Made by a program: the position numbers and the translations under genes. Of a DNA stretch of 64,000 nt, positions 1-9,317 are shown one piece after another (the first letter of the stretch is position 1; each line of letters opens with the position of its first letter). The notes beneath the pieces are model-generated. The model was not told the origin of the DNA and did not search any database. It was given only the letters and a program-made list of their open reading frames with translations. The stretch is from an uncultured virus (IMG/VR IMGVR_UViG_3300002220_000147). Taxonomy: Duplodnaviria > Heunggongvirae > Uroviricota > Caudoviricetes > Crassvirales. The stretch lies in IMG/VR virus record IMGVR_UViG_3300002220_000147; one strand, written 5' to 3'.

Positions 1-37
1 ACATGCGGTTAGCCTCAAACGTTGTAGGTAATAAAAA

Positions 38-385
38 TTACTGCATTAGTGCCTTGATGCAACTTTCTCCTACCCATTTATTTCTAAGTTTGTAAACCTT
101 GATAGTTCCGCCACCGCACCGCTCAGATGAATAAGCAATTTCTTTTATTGTGTCGGCATCTGTTCTTTTATGCCTTTCTCTAAATCTTACATATTGCCCC
201 ACGCTCCATTTATGCTTAAATTCTGCTAATAAATGAGCTGTTGCTGTTTCTGTTGGTTCATAAACATGGTTTACAAACTTTGCTCCGAAATAAGTTCCTG
301 TGTACATTCCCGTAATTTTTACATACCTACCCACAATGAACAAGATAATACATTCCACAGTTATTACATCGTGCAGCAGTTTCAT
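38..385 (-). CDS. hypothetical protein
   Basis: 115-aa ORF co-oriented with the left-arm genes; start codon uncertain because it overlaps the next ORF. Confidence 0.5.
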   Translation of the reverse strand: MKLLHDVITVECIILFIVGRYVKITGMYTGTYFGAKFVNHVYEPTETATAHLLAEFKHKWSVGQYVRFRERHKRTDADTIKEIAYSSERCGGGTIKVYKLRNKWVGESCIKALMQ

Positions 386-557
386 AACTATTTGTTGAAA
401 GTACTTCGAAACTTAATCCATCACAGTTGCGACATTTCAATCTTGTAAATGTGTCTTTCTCAGTAAATTTGTTTTCTAAATTTGTGTCTGACCAAGTTTC
501 ATCATTTCTTTTCACCAAATCAGCACTTTTGTTAAAACACCCATCTAATTTTTCCAT
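327..557 (-). CDS. small Zn-ribbon protein
   Basis: CRNC...CNNC pairs. Confidence 0.6.
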   Translation of the reverse strand: MEKLDGCFNKSADLVKRNDETWSDTNLENKFTEKDTFTRLKCRNCDGLSFEVLSTNSYETAARCNNCGMYYLVHCG

Positions 558-601
558 TTTATATTTATTTTATGTTAATAATTAATTCTAATCCAACACA
601 A

Positions 602-829
602 TCAAATTTGAAATCCTTCGAGATATTTAGTTGCTGTCCTTTCAATTTCACCGCCTTTGCTTATCGTTGATTCACCGCATTTTTTACATTTCATGTTTGG
701 TATTACATTGTCGTGATAGTAACGATCATCATATCCCGAATTATTCATTTCTTGATGTCCACAAAATTCACATTCCATTAAGGCGGTGAAATCTCTGCGG
801 TGTTGGCTGATAAGTTTCTTGATTTTCAT
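602..829 (-). CDS. small Zn-ribbon protein
   Basis: CEFC...CKKC pairs, HRRDF motif. Confidence 0.65.
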   Translation of the reverse strand: MKIKKLISQHRRDFTALMECEFCGHQEMNNSGYDDRYYHDNVIPNMKCKKCGESTISKGGEIERTATKYLEGFQI

Positions 830-832
830 TAG

Positions 833-1345
833 TTAAAAATTTACTTTATGGAACTCTTTTTTTAGTTTTTTTCTGGCATTATAAAGATGTTTTTTCATAT
901 TTTCAGGAGAAGTATTAAATATTTTTGCAATATTACGAACTTTTTTACCTTCTATGGTTAATTCTATTAATTTTTTATCCCGCTCATTTAATTTTTCAAG
1001 ATAAAATAAAACCCTATCTTCACTATTTTCCTCTTTACTTTTTACACTATATATACTTTTATCTTCATGTTCTTCTAAAAGTTCTACAAATCTATGATGT
1101 TTTTCTTCAGTAAATTTCTGTTTATATAGATTAATAGCCATACTCACTAACCACGTAATCATCTTTCCACGAGAAAAATCAAATTTACCCCACATTAAAG
1201 CCCTAAGAATGACATCACTTGTAATATCTTCACTGTATTTTGAACCATATTTTTTCCTACACCACCCTATTAAAGGAGATATAGAATTCAACAACTCCTC
1301 ATCAAATTTTTTATCTCTAGTTGCTTTGATGTATGTATCATTCAT
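833..1345 (-). CDS. ECF/sigma-70-like RNA polymerase sigma factor
   Basis: Region-2-like SEDITSDVILRA..FDFSRGKMITWL and region-4 HTH LNERDKKLIEL..IAKIF..NMKKHLYNARKKLK. Confidence 0.85.
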   Translation of the reverse strand: MNDTYIKATRDKKFDEELLNSISPLIGWCRKKYGSKYSEDITSDVILRALMWGKFDFSRGKMITWLVSMAINLYKQKFTEEKHHRFVELLEEHEDKSIYSVKSKEENSEDRVLFYLEKLNERDKKLIELTIEGKKVRNIAKIFNTSPENMKKHLYNARKKLKKEFHKVNF

Positions 1346-1473
1346 AACCTAAATTTTTATAAATAAAATAAATAATTAGTTTCACCCCCTGTATAGATAG
1401 TTACTCTATCAGATGCTTCTGGTCAGCCAGAACTATTAAGGGAGTCACCTCTAATTATTTATTATAAAGTTTA

Positions 1474-1872
1474 TTAGAGTTTTATTAAACTTTTATCAGC
1501 ATATTGGATTTTACATAAGTCAATTAGTTCAGGAGCATTAAATGTATAGATATCTGGTATATCTAAGACATAACATTTATTAACTACATCTAATTTTTCC
1601 AATTCATCTCTTACTTTATCAAAATTTTCTCTATTTACAAATATAATTTCATCAGCCCATAATACTAAAGCTTCGCTAATTGGAATTAGAGCATAAGATT
1701 CAACTGTACCACAATTTCTTACATTATACCCATACTCTCTAATTAAAAAGTTTTGAAGTGTAGCTGATCTTAACAGACCAGCAGAGCATACAGTTAATAC
1801 TTTTTTAGTATCACCTTGGAATACATTACCTATATTGTAAAGCTGATTCATTGTAATTTTAATCATATCCAT
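1474..1872 (-). CDS. low-molecular-weight protein tyrosine phosphatase-like protein
   Basis: P-loop VLTVCSAGLLRS (CX5R), WADEII, LDIPD. Confidence 0.8.
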   Translation of the reverse strand: MDMIKITMNQLYNIGNVFQGDTKKVLTVCSAGLLRSATLQNFLIREYGYNVRNCGTVESYALIPISEALVLWADEIIFVNRENFDKVRDELEKLDVVNKCYVLDIPDIYTFNAPELIDLCKIQYADKSLIKL

Positions 1873-2897
1873 AATTTTTTCACACCTTTAGTTAACATTT
1901 GATAATCGGTAGTCCAGTTATCTAATTTAACTCTATCTTTAGCTTCATCAATAAGACTTTGCATTGATTTAATTTTAGTAACGTATTCACCTTTATTAAT
2001 AATACCTTTAAACATTACATCTTCAACAATACCTTTGTATGATTCAAATATCTCAACTTCTTTGTACATTGATTTATCAACAGCTATAAATTTAAACTGC
2101 TCAATTGTATATTCTCCTGAATGTATTATTGCTAATTCATCAGGTATTTCACAATTAACAAACCAATCAGGATTTCTTAAAGTTTCAAGGACAAATGAAT
2201 ACCAACTCTCTTGATAGTAATATTTATACTTCCAATAATTAGATTCAAAAGAACCTTCAAATGTCTTTAAATCCCAAGGTGTTGTAGTTTTATTGGTTGT
2301 ATTTATTTCTAAAATATCTATTAATATTTTACCCATAAATTTAGAAGTTTCTATAAATATAGGTACTTGAAACAATACAATTGTATCAGGATTAGGAGAA
2401 AATAATCTTTGCAGATATGGAGAAGATTTAACATTATAAACTAATTGTTTAGCAAAAGATAATGTAGAATCGTCAATTATTATTTTATCTATATTACTAA
2501 TATGAAATTCACAATATGTTTGACACTCTTCTTTAAACTTTTTAATTACTGTATCATTTAATAAGCGACCATCGTAGCCACTTTCTGCTCTTGCACGTAA
2601 TATTGCACTGTCTACAGAGAAGTCTTCTCCTGAACTTTCTAATTGATAAATTTCGATATATTTATTAGCAAAGTCTAATAATTTATCAGTAGGCTTTTTA
2701 CCATTATAAGTAATATACCTATTAACAAATTCATCAGGAGTAGTAAGTAAACAATCTACAAGACTACCAAAATCAGTACTAGTAGTAGATATTGAATCCT
2801 CTCCTTTAAGTATTGAATATGCTTTTTTAGGATCATCTGATAACGCTTTTAAAAAAGAAGCATTAATATATCCCTTTTCTCTAATATAATCTTTCAT
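1863..2897 (-). CDS. PD-(D/E)xK exonuclease (RecB/ExoVIII-like)
   Basis: FGSLVDCLL, KILIDIL...DLKT, YYQ...Y motifs. Confidence 0.75.
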   Translation of the reverse strand: MKDYIREKGYINASFLKALSDDPKKAYSILKGEDSISTTSTDFGSLVDCLLTTPDEFVNRYITYNGKKPTDKLLDFANKYIEIYQLESSGEDFSVDSAILRARAESGYDGRLLNDTVIKKFKEECQTYCEFHISNIDKIIIDDSTLSFAKQLVYNVKSSPYLQRLFSPNPDTIVLFQVPIFIETSKFMGKILIDILEINTTNKTTTPWDLKTFEGSFESNYWKYKYYYQESWYSFVLETLRNPDWFVNCEIPDELAIIHSGEYTIEQFKFIAVDKSMYKEVEIFESYKGIVEDVMFKGIINKGEYVTKIKSMQSLIDEAKDRVKLDNWTTDYQMLTKGVKKLWI

Positions 2898-3429
2898 AAT
2901 AAGGATTTGTTGACATTAAATAGTTAATCTCATATAATTGTCCTACAGTCATGAATTGACATCCTATTTTTATTTCTGTCTCATTAGATATGAAAAGGTT
3001 TGCACGATAACCTAAAATATCACACTCATTATACAATAATTTATCTATTATTTTAACCACCTCTTCAGTAGTTATTGTTCCATAAACTTCACCTGAATTA
3101 GCATTTGTAATGGTAGCTTTTTTTGAACCACAGATAATTTTTACTGCTATGTTTCCAAATCTAATTATATGTTCAATACTAGAATTTTCATCTAATTTAG
3201 TAACTTCAGTTGCTAATATAGCAAATTCTTTACTATTCGCTCTTATATAGGTTTTACCATTATAAAATATAAATTCTTTTATTTTTAAAATAGCATGGTT
3301 CCATGTATCTAGAATTATAGTATCTGTAAAAGTAACATTTCCTTCATCATCAAATTCTATATAACCTTCTGGATCTATTGAACCTGATACTATTACAGAA
3401 TCTCCAATATTTAATCCATATGTTTGCAT
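2881..3429 (-). CDS. hypothetical protein
   Basis: 182-aa ORF overlapping its neighbour. Confidence 0.6.
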   Translation of the reverse strand: MQTYGLNIGDSVIVSGSIDPEGYIEFDDEGNVTFTDTIILDTWNHAILKIKEFIFYNGKTYIRANSKEFAILATEVTKLDENSSIEHIIRFGNIAVKIICGSKKATITNANSGEVYGTITTEEVVKIIDKLLYNECDILGYRANLFISNETEIKIGCQFMTVGQLYEINYLMSTNPYYERLY

Positions 3430-3445
3430 AATTTTAATTTTTTAA

Positions 3446-4126
3446 TTACCATTTTATTTGTAATTTATTGTTGTTTAATAGTATATTATTGATTTTGGAA
3501 AATACTTTACTACCAAAAAACCCCGCATTACCCCCCGCATAAGATTCTGCGGAAGGGTGCGGAGCTTTTAATATATAAAAGTTTTCTTTTTTATCAATAA
3601 ATTTTTCATAACCCTGAGCTATTTTACCTAATAATAAATATATACAAAAGTCTTTATTATTTAAAGCTTTTATAACTGCTTCAGTAAAAGGTGCCCATTG
3701 TTTAATGTGAGATCCTGTTTTACCTTCTACAACTGTAAGAGCTGTATTGTACATAAAACATCCTTGAGAACACCATGATTTTAAAGTGTAATCAAATCCA
3801 AGATCTAATCCGTCATATACATCATTTTCAACTTCTTTTTGTATGTTTCTTAATGAAGGCGGAGTTGTAAGACAACTATCCAATATCCCAAATGAAATTC
3901 CATACGCCTGTCCATGTCTTATATAAGGATCAAGACCTAAAATTACAACATTAATATCTGCATAATTTGTAAGTTTAAAGGCATTAAAAATGTTTCCTTT
4001 AGGTGGATAAATAGTATCTTTACTATATTCACTTTCAAGGAAATTTCCCAATTCTTTAAAGTATTCCGTACTTAAATGCGGGATTAGTTCCTTACTCCAC
4101 TCTGTTCCAAGTATCTTTTCCAGCAT
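3446..4126 (-). CDS. ung: uracil-DNA glycosylase, family 1
   Basis: VVILGLDPY (GQDPY variant), PPSLRNI, NTALTV, PHPS motifs. Confidence 0.93.
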   Translation of the reverse strand: MLEKILGTEWSKELIPHLSTEYFKELGNFLESEYSKDTIYPPKGNIFNAFKLTNYADINVVILGLDPYIRHGQAYGISFGILDSCLTTPPSLRNIQKEVENDVYDGLDLGFDYTLKSWCSQGCFMYNTALTVVEGKTGSHIKQWAPFTEAVIKALNNKDFCIYLLLGKIAQGYEKFIDKKENFYILKAPHPSAESYAGGNAGFFGSKVFSKINNILLNNNKLQIKW

Positions 4127-4310
4127 TTTCTTTAATTTTTATAAACTCTTTAGTTTCCCAAAAGTAATCACATATATGAACCTCTCCTGATATATTTACA
4201 GGCGTATCTGCAAAAAAATATTGCCAAAACTCATCTGGAATAGCTTTGTATCTGTAACACCACTCTTTAAGATTGCAGCCTTGTCCTCTGCACATAGTAA
4301 TATCCGGCAT
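4092..4310 (-). CDS. small Cys-rich phage protein
   Basis: MPDITMCRG..C...CYRY pattern. Confidence 0.6.
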   Translation of the reverse strand: MPDITMCRGQGCNLKEWCYRYKAIPDEFWQYFFADTPVNISGEVHICDYFWETKEFIKIKENAGKDTWNRVE

Positions 4311-4313
4311 AAT

Positions 4314-5093
4314 TCAATTATTAAGTGTATAAGTTTCTTTATTTATGTCAGGAATATCATATAATTCCATGGTTTTACTTAAAGAAGTTTCAAATTTTAT
4401 TTCCAACTGTTCTTTAAGTCTTACATCTTTATTTAAAATTTTCCACATAAGGCCATCTTTACTATAAGAATGAAAAGACATAATATTTAATTTTAATTTA
4501 TTAGAAAGTTCTGAATACTTTCCATTAATAAATTTATTTAAATCTTTTTCATAATCTTTTATATTAAAAACATATAATACTTCAAATGGGTTAATATCAA
4601 TACTAAACTTAAAAAGAGGATGCTTTGTTATTCTTGTTTCAAAATTTCTGTAAATTTCTGATTCTGAATATCTATATAACAAAATAAGAGGGAACTTACT
4701 CCAATCTGAAGTATTATCCCCTCTTATTAAAACTTTAATGTAAGCGTTTTCTAAAAATGTGTCATATAAAAAATATTCTCTATCAAATTCTAGGCAAGGT
4801 AAAATAAATTGTTTCGTTTTCGTTCCTATCGTAGCATATATACTAAAGCTTTTGTCAGTTATTTTCTCTATTTTATTGACTTCATAAGAACTTATTATCT
4901 TATGGTCAATGGGGACTTTTAATTTGTCAAATAGAGATAACCCTCCTTTTCCTACCATTAAGGAGAGAATTTCTGAAGCATTACAGATAATTTTTGGAGA
5001 TATCGTAAATCTAAGATTTATCTGATATCCATTTATTATTTCTGCTAATACTTCAGAATCCTCTCCTATATTAATTGTTACCTTGTTTAACAT
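4314..5093 (-). CDS. hypothetical phage protein
   Basis: 259-aa ORF with FINGKYSELS motif. Confidence 0.6.
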   Translation of the reverse strand: MLNKVTINIGEDSEVLAEIINGYQINLRFTISPKIICNASEILSLMVGKGGLSLFDKLKVPIDHKIISSYEVNKIEKITDKSFSIYATIGTKTKQFILPCLEFDREYFLYDTFLENAYIKVLIRGDNTSDWSKFPLILLYRYSESEIYRNFETRITKHPLFKFSIDINPFEVLYVFNIKDYEKDLNKFINGKYSELSNKLKLNIMSFHSYSKDGLMWKILNKDVRLKEQLEIKFETSLSKTMELYDIPDINKETYTLNN

Positions 5094-5106
5094 TATTAAT
5101 CTTTTA

Positions 5107-6078
5107 TTAATTATTACTTGTATTTAACATTGCGTTAAATTTATTTATATGTGAATCTGATATTACACTTAAATTTGAAGCAATGTTTTGCAATTCCTTA
5201 ATAAATAATTCAACTGTTTGTGGGTATTTTTCAAAAGTTTCATTCAACTTATCTGTATTATACTCTTTTCCAGGATTTTCAGAAATAAATTTTTCAGGAC
5301 TTTCGTAAATTATTTCTATACCTGTACTTTCTATAACAGGAATAATAGATCTGGTTACAAATTTATTTAACCCCTTTATTTTACATTTTTTATCTATTTC
5401 AGGAGCTATAAATAATTTAACTTTTGAATAATCTAATTCTATATCACTTATATTAAATGAAGTTTTATTATTTTTATCTAATTTCTCAATATATTCTTTA
5501 ATAAGATTAAATCTATATTGGTGTAAGTAGTCTCTTTTTATCATAAGTCCAACAATAACTCTACTGGAAGATATAAAATTATTATCGTGCGAATAATACT
5601 TTTCTACACCTAAGCAATTATTAATAAAAAAAGATTCTTCTACAGGCGGATTATAAATTATTAATCCGTTTGAAATACGTAAATGTTTATTTTCACCCAT
5701 AATACCTCCAGTATAATTATAATCAAATATATTAAAAAACCATTTATAAGCTGCAGTTTCTACAAAGGTTCTATAACTACGACAATAACCTGAAGTATTT
5801 TTATTAATATATTTTACAGGAGTAAATATAAAATTATAGACTAGATCTTTAACTTCTTCTTGAGAAAATCTAAACATATCTCGTAAAGTAATATAATTTT
5901 TACCTTTTATAAGAGAATTATTAATTGAGTATAAACTACTTAACGGAACATATTCTGAATCATGTTTTAATTTAAAAAAATCTATCTTAATATCATGAAT
6001 AGATAAACCATATACATTAAGACGTGGTGTACTTCTCCAAGACGTAGATTTATAACCAATATTATCTAATAGTTTCAT
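5107..6078 (-). CDS. hypothetical protein overlapping the E1-like gene
   Basis: 323-aa ORF; its start overlaps the E1 gene end by 17 nt. Confidence 0.65.
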   Translation of the reverse strand: MKLLDNIGYKSTSWRSTPRLNVYGLSIHDIKIDFFKLKHDSEYVPLSSLYSINNSLIKGKNYITLRDMFRFSQEEVKDLVYNFIFTPVKYINKNTSGYCRSYRTFVETAAYKWFFNIFDYNYTGGIMGENKHLRISNGLIIYNPPVEESFFINNCLGVEKYYSHDNNFISSSRVIVGLMIKRDYLHQYRFNLIKEYIEKLDKNNKTSFNISDIELDYSKVKLFIAPEIDKKCKIKGLNKFVTRSIIPVIESTGIEIIYESPEKFISENPGKEYNTDKLNETFEKYPQTVELFIKELQNIASNLSVISDSHINKFNAMLNTSNN

Positions 6079-6829
6079 AATACATTCCAGGAATTACAAA
6101 TTCAGTTCTAAAAGGAATTTCTCGTATATTTAAAGGTGTAATAGTCTCTGTTACAAAATTAGACAATATACCAGTCATTAAACCAGCTATTATTAATCCT
6201 GTTTGAGTAGTTGCTTTATAGTTACAAGGAAGTTCTTCTATTTTATCTTCAAATAGAGTTTCTTTATATCTATCAATATTATCAGGGGTTACAGCAAATA
6301 TTTCTAATCCTTCACTATACATTCTGCCATCAATAAATATAGCTTTTTGAGAATTTTTATTATTTTTAATCCACAAATTAAATAAATCTCTTCTTGCTTC
6401 TATACTATCAAAACAGGCTAAAGTTATAGGATATGCATATACAGGACTAGTATTATTGTCTAATCTACCTTTTGGGTATATTTTACATGATTTATTAATT
6501 CTATATATAGTTTGTGACATACTATTTACTTTAGTTTTACCTATATTATCTAAAAAGTACATCTGTCCTCCAATATTTAAAGCTTCTACTACATCATCTT
6601 CAAATATTATCATATCATAACCCCATTTAGCTAGAATATAAGCTACATTTGAACCTATTCCTCCAAGCCCTCCTATGGTAACTAATTGTTTAGCTATCCA
6701 TGGTGCTTTTTCAAATCTTTTTATAGTAGCATTTCTAAATAATTCTTCTTTAGATTTTCTAGTCTTCTTAACTGGTATTACAACCTCTTCAATAGTTTCA
6801 GACATAGGAATTGTATCTGTTGTTTCCAT
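6062..6829 (-). CDS. ThiF/MoeB-family E1-like adenylating enzyme
   Basis: GLGGIG nucleotide-binding loop, DDVVEALNIGGQ, CFDSIEAR, DGR; candidate catalytic Cys in LPCNYK. Confidence 0.9.
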   Translation of the reverse strand: METTDTIPMSETIEEVVIPVKKTRKSKEELFRNATIKRFEKAPWIAKQLVTIGGLGGIGSNVAYILAKWGYDMIIFEDDVVEALNIGGQMYFLDNIGKTKVNSMSQTIYRINKSCKIYPKGRLDNNTSPVYAYPITLACFDSIEARRDLFNLWIKNNKNSQKAIFIDGRMYSEGLEIFAVTPDNIDRYKETLFEDKIEELPCNYKATTQTGLIIAGLMTGILSNFVTETITPLNIREIPFRTEFVIPGMYYETIR

Positions 6830-8043
6830 TATACAAGATTTTTAATTTGTTCATTAAGTTTTAATGCCTCTGCTTGTGCTTCTTCTTCCTCTTCTTGCAT
6901 AAGAAAAACTTCCATAAGCACGTCTTCTACAGCTTCTCTTATACAGTCTCCTATTCTACCTGTAATTAAAGCAACTGCTGACTCTGTTTCATGGATAAAC
7001 ACATCTAAATCTTCTTTAGCATTTGCTCCTGTATAGATTTCATTAAATGCTTCAAATAGAAATGTTGGAGATGTTACAGAGAAAAATTCAAGATATCCTG
7101 CTGTTATAGAATCATCATCATCTTTTATACATTGTTTTTCTACAGTATCTGTTACCATAAATAAAGATTTGGAATAAAGCCCTTCTAAACTACATTGTAT
7201 AATTGCTTTAGCATATAAAGTTCTGTTAGGAATATTATCAGCATCTCTTTTTACAGGTAATTTAGGAAGTTTATAATCTTTATCTGTATATTCTCCTTTA
7301 ATACTTCTTAAATAATCAGACATATAATCAGAAGTAGTTTCTCTATATCCTGTATAATTATAAGTTGAAGTAGGTGTTTCTAGTTTTTGTATTGGAGCTA
7401 CTGGTTTATTTATTACTTTATTAAACCTTTCATAAAACTTTTTACCATCTATCATACTTAAAGTTATATCACAATCATGTATGAATAAGACATCTTCATT
7501 TTCTTCTTCTATAAACTTAGTCCATATCCATTTACCAACCTCATTTTTCATAGAAAACTTACTTTTTATTTCTTGTTTTCCTACAAAACAAAGTTTAGCT
7601 ACGTGAATACCTTCATTGTTAACAATGAGAGATAAATAATAAGCATGATTTGGAGCATTATCGTGTAATTCTGCCATATCTGTTCCTGAAAAGAATGACC
7701 CCATACTATTGTGAGAATGAATATGTCCTATTTTCATATTCATATATTCTGGAAAATCTTCAAACATTTCCAAAATATCTTCTGCTTCATAATTATGGTT
7801 AGTAAATGCTAATGAGCCTTTATCCATTAAATATAAGGAATCTACAGTACACACCATCTTTTCAGGTTCAGTAATATGTCCTTCTACAGTATACAAAAGA
7901 ATGGCAGACCATTCTACTTTACTTATTCTTTGAGTTAAGAAAGATATCTGGGAAAAAGCTTTGTTACTAATAACTACTTTTATTTTTTCCTTAAGAACAA
8001 CCTCCTTAAATTTTTTAATTGTTTTACTTTCTTTAGTACTCAT
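6829..8043 (-). CDS. JAB/MPN+ (JAMM) metallo-isopeptidase
   Basis: VEWS Glu plus HIHSHNSMGSFFSGTD (HxH-x7-S-x2-D); long acidic C-terminal extension. Confidence 0.88.
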   Translation of the reverse strand: MSTKESKTIKKFKEVVLKEKIKVVISNKAFSQISFLTQRISKVEWSAILLYTVEGHITEPEKMVCTVDSLYLMDKGSLAFTNHNYEAEDILEMFEDFPEYMNMKIGHIHSHNSMGSFFSGTDMAELHDNAPNHAYYLSLIVNNEGIHVAKLCFVGKQEIKSKFSMKNEVGKWIWTKFIEEENEDVLFIHDCDITLSMIDGKKFYERFNKVINKPVAPIQKLETPTSTYNYTGYRETTSDYMSDYLRSIKGEYTDKDYKLPKLPVKRDADNIPNRTLYAKAIIQCSLEGLYSKSLFMVTDTVEKQCIKDDDDSITAGYLEFFSVTSPTFLFEAFNEIYTGANAKEDLDVFIHETESAVALITGRIGDCIREAVEDVLMEVFLMQEEEEEAQAEALKLNEQIKNLV

Positions 8044-9263
8044 AATTTTGATTTTAAATTATACAATATTGACATTATATAGGTGGCTGTTTTATACACA
8101 TAAACGGGGTGTATTATTAAATTTTTATCTTCTTTATTCTTAATAGTAAAAGATTCTGTAATAGTAGGCGTTATAGAATTTCCTTTAAAATTAAAAGAAA
8201 TTGACTCTTTTAAATTTAAAGTTTTTTTATCAAAATATCTATTAAAATCATCAAATGCACTACTTACTTTTTTTCTAGAATAATCTACCGGATCGTATTC
8301 AACAAATTCTTCATTTTCATCTTTTAACTCTTCACAAAATAAATCATCTATCAAAATAGTTAATTGATACATATTTATTTTAATAGAATTCCCAAGATTT
8401 ACAATACAATCCCTAAATAAGATTTCTCTATATTTTGCAGTAGTCAATATCTCTGTTAATATTAAATACGCTATTTGAGCTTCTTCAACTGAAACAGTTA
8501 ATCGTTCTACTTCATTATACCTAAATCGGTTAGTACCTAAAGATGATAACATTTTGTAAGGCCCACCTTCTAAACTTTCCCACTCAAGATAGGAATTAAA
8601 CATATGTAGAAATATTTCAACTTTACTGATAAAATTATCTACTTGTTCCACACTTTCTATTTTTTCAGGAAGTCTTAATTCATTATATTTATTAGAAATA
8701 GCAGAAGACCCTAAACAAAATGTACCCCAATTACTAAATGAACCTGATAAATGTGAAAATGTATATCCTGATAGAAATTCTTCTATTGTAAAAGTTCCTC
8801 TAATTCCGTTTGTTGCTCTACACTGTATAGTTTTATCTTCTTTATTATACCCAAACTCAAAATATACATAAAAATCAGTAATTTCATGTTCCATATCAAT
8901 ACTATTTTTTACAAGTATTTTAGGGAAATGTACTGTTATTTTATATAAAATGTAGTGAGATATGGCATTTTTTTCTATACTTACTCTTTCTTTATTATAA
9001 TGAGATATAAATAAATTACTTAACTCTTTGTGTATAATAGAAACAGAAAATTTATTTTCATTTTCTTTTATAGGTTCAACAACTACATCTTCTGTAGTAG
9101 TTTGTTTTATATTCTCAACAACATTCAATAAATAATCTACTAAATTTTCTGAACTAGGAGATTGTAAATCTTCGGATACTTGAGAATCAGGAGTATTATC
9201 GTTGTATACTATAACTTCAGAAGAAGCAAATAATGAGTCTAGTGCATCAAAATCTATATCCAT
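8040..9263 (-). CDS. putative prokaryotic E2-like conjugating enzyme
   Basis: YTFSHL...GTFCLG resembles the E2 His...Cys active-site region; WESLEGGPY; lies between the Ubl and JAB genes. Confidence 0.6.
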   Translation of the reverse strand: MDIDFDALDSLFASSEVIVYNDNTPDSQVSEDLQSPSSENLVDYLLNVVENIKQTTTEDVVVEPIKENENKFSVSIIHKELSNLFISHYNKERVSIEKNAISHYILYKITVHFPKILVKNSIDMEHEITDFYVYFEFGYNKEDKTIQCRATNGIRGTFTIEEFLSGYTFSHLSGSFSNWGTFCLGSSAISNKYNELRLPEKIESVEQVDNFISKVEIFLHMFNSYLEWESLEGGPYKMLSSLGTNRFRYNEVERLTVSVEEAQIAYLILTEILTTAKYREILFRDCIVNLGNSIKINMYQLTILIDDLFCEELKDENEEFVEYDPVDYSRKKVSSAFDDFNRYFDKKTLNLKESISFNFKGNSITPTITESFTIKNKEDKNLIIHPVYVYKTATYIMSILYNLKSKL

Positions 9264-9278
9264 AAGTTTAAATTAAAA

Positions 9279-9305
9279 GAGGGGAGATTTTTAGTATCTC
9301 CCCTC
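9279..9305 (-). terminator. hairpin (terminator/attenuator) between the Ubl and E2 genes
   Basis: 10-bp stem GAGGGGAGAT/ATCTCCCCTC followed by TTTT on the minus strand. Confidence 0.7.
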
Positions 9306-9317
9306 AAAAGTTATTAA

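Noticed and set aside
6062..6829. ThiF/MoeB for thiamine or molybdopterin synthesis
   Set aside because: No ThiS/MoaD with a terminal GG, no pathway genes, and no CxxC Zn pairs; the context is E2 and JAB
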